From positions 109,246,001-109,310,000 of the forward strand of contig CM059432.1 in assembly GCA_030390025.1 (NCBI GenBank): a stretch of 64,000 nucleotides of DNA, given 5' to 3'. Below the pieces are notes generated by a model. The model saw nothing but the letters and a program-made list of their open reading frames with translations, was not told the origin of the DNA and made no database searches. Source of the stretch: Squalus acanthias (lineage: Eukaryota). Positions 57,900 through 64,000 of this stretch are shown here, piece by piece; position 1 is the stretch's first letter, and every line of letters starts with the position of its first letter. A program made the translations under genes and the position numbers.

Positions 57900-60800
57900 G
57901 TTATAGACCACGCACATCATACATGTCACACGTTATAGACCTCGCACATCATACACGTCACACGTTATAGACTCGCACATCATACACGTCGAACGTTATA
58001 GACCACACATCATACATGTCACACGTTATAGAACTCGCACATCATACACGTCGCATGTTATAGACCACACACATCATACACGTCACACGTTATAGACCTC
58101 GCACATCATAACGTCGCATGTTATAGACCACACACGTCATACACGTCACACGTTATAGACCTCGCACATCATAACGTCGCACGTTATAGACCGCGCACAT
58201 CATACATGTCACACGTTATACACCTCGCACATCATATATGTCACACGTTATACACCTCGCACATCATACACGTCACACGTTATAGACCTCGCACATCATA
58301 CATGTCACATGTTATACACCTCGCACATCATACATGTCACACGTTTTACACCTCGCACATCATGCACGTCACAATTTATAGACCCCACAAATCATACATG
58401 TCACACGTTATACACCTCGCACATCATACATGTCACACATTATACACCTCGCACATCATACATGTCACACGTTATACACCTCGCACATCATACACGTCAC
58501 ACGTTATAGACCTCGCACATCATACACATCACACGTTATAGACCTTGCACATCATACACGTTGCACGTTATAGACCTCGCACATCATACATGTCGAACGT
58601 TATACACCTCGCACATCATACATGTCGAACGTTATACACCTCGCACATCATACACGTCACACGTTATAGACCTCGCACATCATACACGTCGCATGTTATA
58701 GACCTCGCACATCATGCATGTCACACGTTATAGACCGCGCACATCATACTCATCACACGTTATAGTCCTCGCACATCATACACATCACACGTTATAGACC
58801 TCGCACATCATACACGTCACATGTTATAGACCTCGCACATCATACACGTCACACGTTATAGACCTCGCACATCATACATGTCACACGTTATAGACCTCGC
58901 ACATCATAAACGTTGCATGTTATAGACCACACATATCATACATGTCACACGTTATAGACCTCACACATCATACATGTCACACGTTATAGACCACGCACAT
59001 CATACATGTCGAATGTTATAGACCGCGCACATCATACACATCGCACGTTATAGACCGCGCACATCATACATGTCACACGTTATAGACCACGCACATCATA
59101 CATGTCGAACATTATAGACCTCGCACATCATACATGTCACACGTTATAGACCGCGCACATCATACACGTCGCACGTTATAGACCTCGCACATCATACATG
59201 TCACACGTTATACACCTCGCACATCATACACGTCACACGTTATAGACCACGCACATCATACACGTCACACGTTATAGACCTTGCACATCATACACGTCAC
59301 ACGTTATAGACCTCGCACATCATACATGTCACATGTTATAGACCTCGCACATCATACATGTCACACGTTATAGACCTCGCACATCATACACGTCACACGT
59401 TATAGACCTTGCACATCATACACGTCACACGTTATAGACCTCGCACATCATACACGTCACACATTATAGACCTCGCACATCATACACGTCACACGTTATT
59501 GACCGTGCACATCATACATGTCACACGTTACAGACCTCGCACATCATACACGTCGCACGTTATACACCTCGCACATCATACACGTCGCATGTTATAGACC
59601 ACACACATCATACACGTCGCACGTTATACACCTCGCACATCATACATGTCACATGTTATGGACCGCGCACGTTATACACCTCGCACATCATACACGTCAC
59701 ACGTTATAGACCGCGCACATCATACATGTCGCACGTTATAGACCTCGCACATCATACACGTCACACGTTATAGACCTCGCACATCATACATGTCGCATGT
59801 TATAGACCTCGCACATCATACATGTCGCACGTTATAGACCACGCACATCATACATGTCGCACGTTATAGACCTCGCACATCATACACGTTGCATGTTATA
59901 GACCACGCACATCATACATGTCACACGTTATAGACCACGCACATCATACATGTCATACGTTATAGACCACACACATCATACATGTTGAACGTTACAGACC
60001 TCGCACATCATACATGTCACACGTTATAGACCACGCACATCATAAACGTCACACGTTATACACCTCGCATATCATACATGCCACACGTTATAGACCTCGC
60101 ACATCATACACGTCACACATTATAGACCTCGCACATCATACATGTCACACGTTATAGACATCGCACATCATACATGTCGCACGTTATAAACCTCGCACAT
60201 CATACATGTTGAACGTTATAGACCACGCACATCATACACGTCACACGTTATAGATCTCGCACATCATACACGTCACACGTTATAGATCTCGCACATCATA
60301 CATGTCACACGTTATAGACCACGCACATCATACATGTTGAACGTTATAGACCATGCACATCATACACGTCACACGTTATACACCTCGCATATCATACATG
60401 CCACACGTTATAGACCTCGCACATCATACACGTCACACATTATAGACCTCACACATCATACATGTCACACATTATAGACATCGCACATCATACACGTTGC
60501 ACGTTATAGACCTCGCACATCATACATGTCACACGTTATACACCTCGCACATCATACATGTCACACGTTATAGACCTCGCACATCATACACGTCACACGT
60601 TATAGACCTCGCACATCATACACGTCACACCTTATAGACCACGCACATCATACACGTCACACTTTATAGACCTCACACATCATACACGTCACACGTTATA
60701 GACCTCGCACATCATACATGTCACACGTTATAGACCTCGCACATCATACACGTCACACGTTATAGACCTCGCACATCATACATGTCACACGTTTTCGACC

Positions 60801-63800
60801 GTGCACATCATACATGTCACACGTTATAGACCTCGCACATCATACATGTCACACGGTATAGACCTCGCACATCATACATGTCACACGTTATAGACCTCGC
60901 ACATCATACACGTCACACGTTATAGACCTCGCACATCATACACGTCACACGTTATAGACCTCACACTTCATACACGTCACACTTTATAGACCGCGCACAT
61001 CATACATGTCACGCGTTATAGACCTCGCACATCATACACGTCGCACGTTATACACCTCGCACATCATACACGTCGCATGTTATAGACCACGCACATCATA
61101 CACGTCGCACGTTATACACCTTGCACATCATACATGTCACACGTTATAGACCAAGCACATCATACATGTCACACGTTATATACCTCGCACATCATACATG
61201 CCACACGTTATAGACCACGCACATCATACATGTCACACGTTATAGACCAGGCACATCATGCATGTCACACATTATAGACCACACACATCATACATGTCAC
61301 ACATTATAGACCACGCACATCATACATGTCACACGTTATAGACCACGCACATCATACATGTCGCACATTATAGACATCGCACATCATACACGTTGCATGT
61401 TATAGACCACGCACATCATACATGTCACACCTTATAGACCACGCACATCATACATGTCACACGTTATAGACCTCGCACATCATACACGTCACACGTTATA
61501 GACTCGCACATCATACACGTCGAACGTTATAGACCACACATCATACATGTCACACGTTATAGAACTCGCACATCATACACGTCGCATGTTATAGACCACA
61601 CACATCATACACGTCACACGTTATAGACCTCGCACATCATAACGTCGCATGTTATAGACCACACACGTCATACACGTCACACGTTATAGACCTCGCACAT
61701 CATAACGTCGCACGTTATAGACCGCGCACATCATACATGTCACACGTTATACACCTCGCACATCATATATGTCACACGTTATACACCTCGCACATCATAC
61801 ACGTCACACGTTATAGACCTCGCACATCATACATGTCACATGTTATACACCTCGCACATCATACATGTCACACGTTTTACACCTCGCACATCATGCACGT
61901 CACAATTTATAGACCCCACAAATCATACATGTCACACGTTATACACCTCGCACATCATACATGTCACACATTATACACCTCGCACATCATACATGTCACA
62001 CGTTATACACCTCGCACATCATACACGTCACACGTTATAGACCTCGCACATCATACACATCACACGTTATAGACCTTGCACATCATACACGTTGCACGTT
62101 ATAGACCTCGCACATCATACATGTCGAACGTTATACACCTCGCACATCATACATGTCGAACGTTATACACCTCGCACATCATACACGTCATACGTTATAG
62201 ACCTCGCACATCATACACGTCGCATGTTATAGACCTCGCACATCATGCATGTCACACGTTATAGACCGCGCACATCATACTCATCACACGTTATAGTCCT
62301 CGCACATCATACACATCACACGTTATAGACCTCGCACATCATACACGTCACATGTTATAGACCTCGCACATCATACACGTCACACGTTATAGACCTCGCA
62401 CATCATACATGTCACACGTTATAGACCTCGCACATCATAAACGTTGCATGTTATAGACCACACATATCATACATGTCACACGTTATAGACCTCACACATC
62501 ATACATGTCACACGTTATAGACCACGCACATCATACATGTCGAATGTTATAGACCGCGCACATCATACACATCGCACGTTATAGACCGCGCACATCATAC
62601 ATGTCACACGTTATAGACCACGCACATCATACATGTCGAACATTATAGACCTCGCACATCATACATGTCACACGTTATAGACCACGCACATCATACACGT
62701 CGCACGTTATAGACCTCGCACATCATACATGTCACACGTTATACACCTCGCACATCATACACGTCACACGTTATAGACCACGCACATCATACACGTCACA
62801 CGTTATAGACCTTGCACATCATACACGTCACACGTTATAGACCTCGCACATCATACATGTCACATGTTATAGACCTCGCACATCATACATGTCACACGTT
62901 ATAGACCTCGCACATCATACACGTCACACGTTATAGACCTTGCACATCATACACGTCACACGTTATAGACCTCGCACATCATACACGTCACACATTATAG
63001 ACCTCGCACATCATACATGTCACACGTTATTGACCGCGCACATCATACATGTCACACGTTACAGACCTCGCACATCATACACGTCGCACGTTATACACCT
63101 CGCACATCATACACGTCGCATGTTATAGACCACACACATCATACACGTCGCACGTTATACACCTCGCACATCATACATGTCACATGTTATGGACCGCGCA
63201 CGTTATACACCTCGCACATCATACACGTCACACGTTATAGACCGCGCACATCATACATGTCGCACGTTATAGACCTCGCACATCATACACGTCACACGTT
63301 ATAGACCTCGCACATCATACATGTCGCATGTTATAGACCTCGCACATCATACATGTCGCACGTTATAGACCACGCACATCATACATGTCGCACGTTATAG
63401 ACCTCGCACATCATACACGTTGCATGTTATAGACCACGCACATCATACATGTCACACGTTATAGACCACGCACATCATACATGTCATACGTTATAGACCA
63501 CACACATCATACATGTTGAACGTTACAGACCTCGCACATCATACATGTCACACGTTATAGACCACGCACATCATAAACGTCACACGTTATACACCTCGCA
63601 TATCATACATGCCACACGTTATAGACCTCGCACATCATACACGTCACACATTATAGACCTCGCACATCATACATGTCACACGTTATAGACATCGCACATC
63701 ATACATGTCGCACGTTATAAACCTCGCACATCATACATGTTGACGTTATAGACCACGCACATCATACACGTCACACGTTATAGATCTCGCACATCATACA

Positions 63801-64000
63801 CGTCACACGTTATAGATCTCGCACATCATACATGTCACACGTTATAGACCACGCACATCATACATGTTGAACGTTATAGACCATGCACATCATACACGTC
63901 ACACGTTATACACCTCGCATATCATACATGCCACACGTTATAGACCTCGCACATCATACACGTCACACATTATAGACCTCACACATCATACATGTCACAC
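57900..64000. repeat. Tandem duplication with 3,531-bp period (second copy from ~61,430, truncated by window end)
   Basis: Offset 3,531 for pseudo-ORFs 58,206/61,737, 58,545/62,076 and 59,409/62,940, and for the 1-bp-deletion marker GACTCGCAC at 57,970/61,501. Confidence 0.9.

Larger units (their letters stand above)
25515..64000. repeat. 32-bp satellite array B, segment after the gap; continues beyond window end
   Basis: Uninterrupted 32-bp periodicity in the same orientation. No unique insert was seen. Confidence 0.98.

Noticed and set aside
15104..63304. Short His-rich ORFs (SHVIDLAHHT..., RYRPRTSY...)
   Set aside because: These are translations of the 32-mer. They extend only where the TAG in GTTATAGAC is mutated (for example to TAC), and they recur only because of block duplication.
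14518..64000. CRISPR-like array (repeat length 32 bp)
   Set aside because: Repeats are head-to-tail with no unique spacers, there are no cas genes, and the context contains a vertebrate-type SINE.
1..64000. Telomeric or centromeric identity (TTAGGG tracts, CENP-B box)
   Set aside because: No (TTAGGG)n/(CCCTAA)n tract or clear CENP-B box was seen. Chromosomal position and centromere function cannot be inferred from sequence alone.
1..64000. Germline-restricted or programmed-elimination satellite
   Set aside because: Nothing in the sequence supports it. A germline versus soma read-depth comparison would be needed.

Overview
This is a non-coding, gene-free eukaryotic heterochromatin-like window made almost entirely of two adjacent, related tandem-repeat arrays on the same strand. 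(1) At 1-~14,505 is a C-rich 15/16-bp satellite (consensus GTTATACACCCCG(C/T)CC). (2) At ~14,506-64,000 is a 32-bp satellite (GTTATAGACCTCGCAC ATCATACA(C/T)GTC(A/G)CAC), which reads as a diverged dimer of a related 16-mer. The only non-satellite sequence is a ~437-bp minus-strand SINE at 20,188-20,624, with a tRNA-like head, a V-SINE central domain and a CR1-LINE-type 3' tail. It resembles the shark/ray HE1 family, which suggests a cartilaginous-fish host (recognised from memory, not by database search). A 200-N scaffold gap lies at 25,315-25,514. Shared rare variants reveal nested kb-scale duplications with offsets of about 1.6, 3.0-3.5 and 6.4 kb. All ORFs in the track are translations of repeats, and I see no credible protein-coding gene, CRISPR array or novel coding system.
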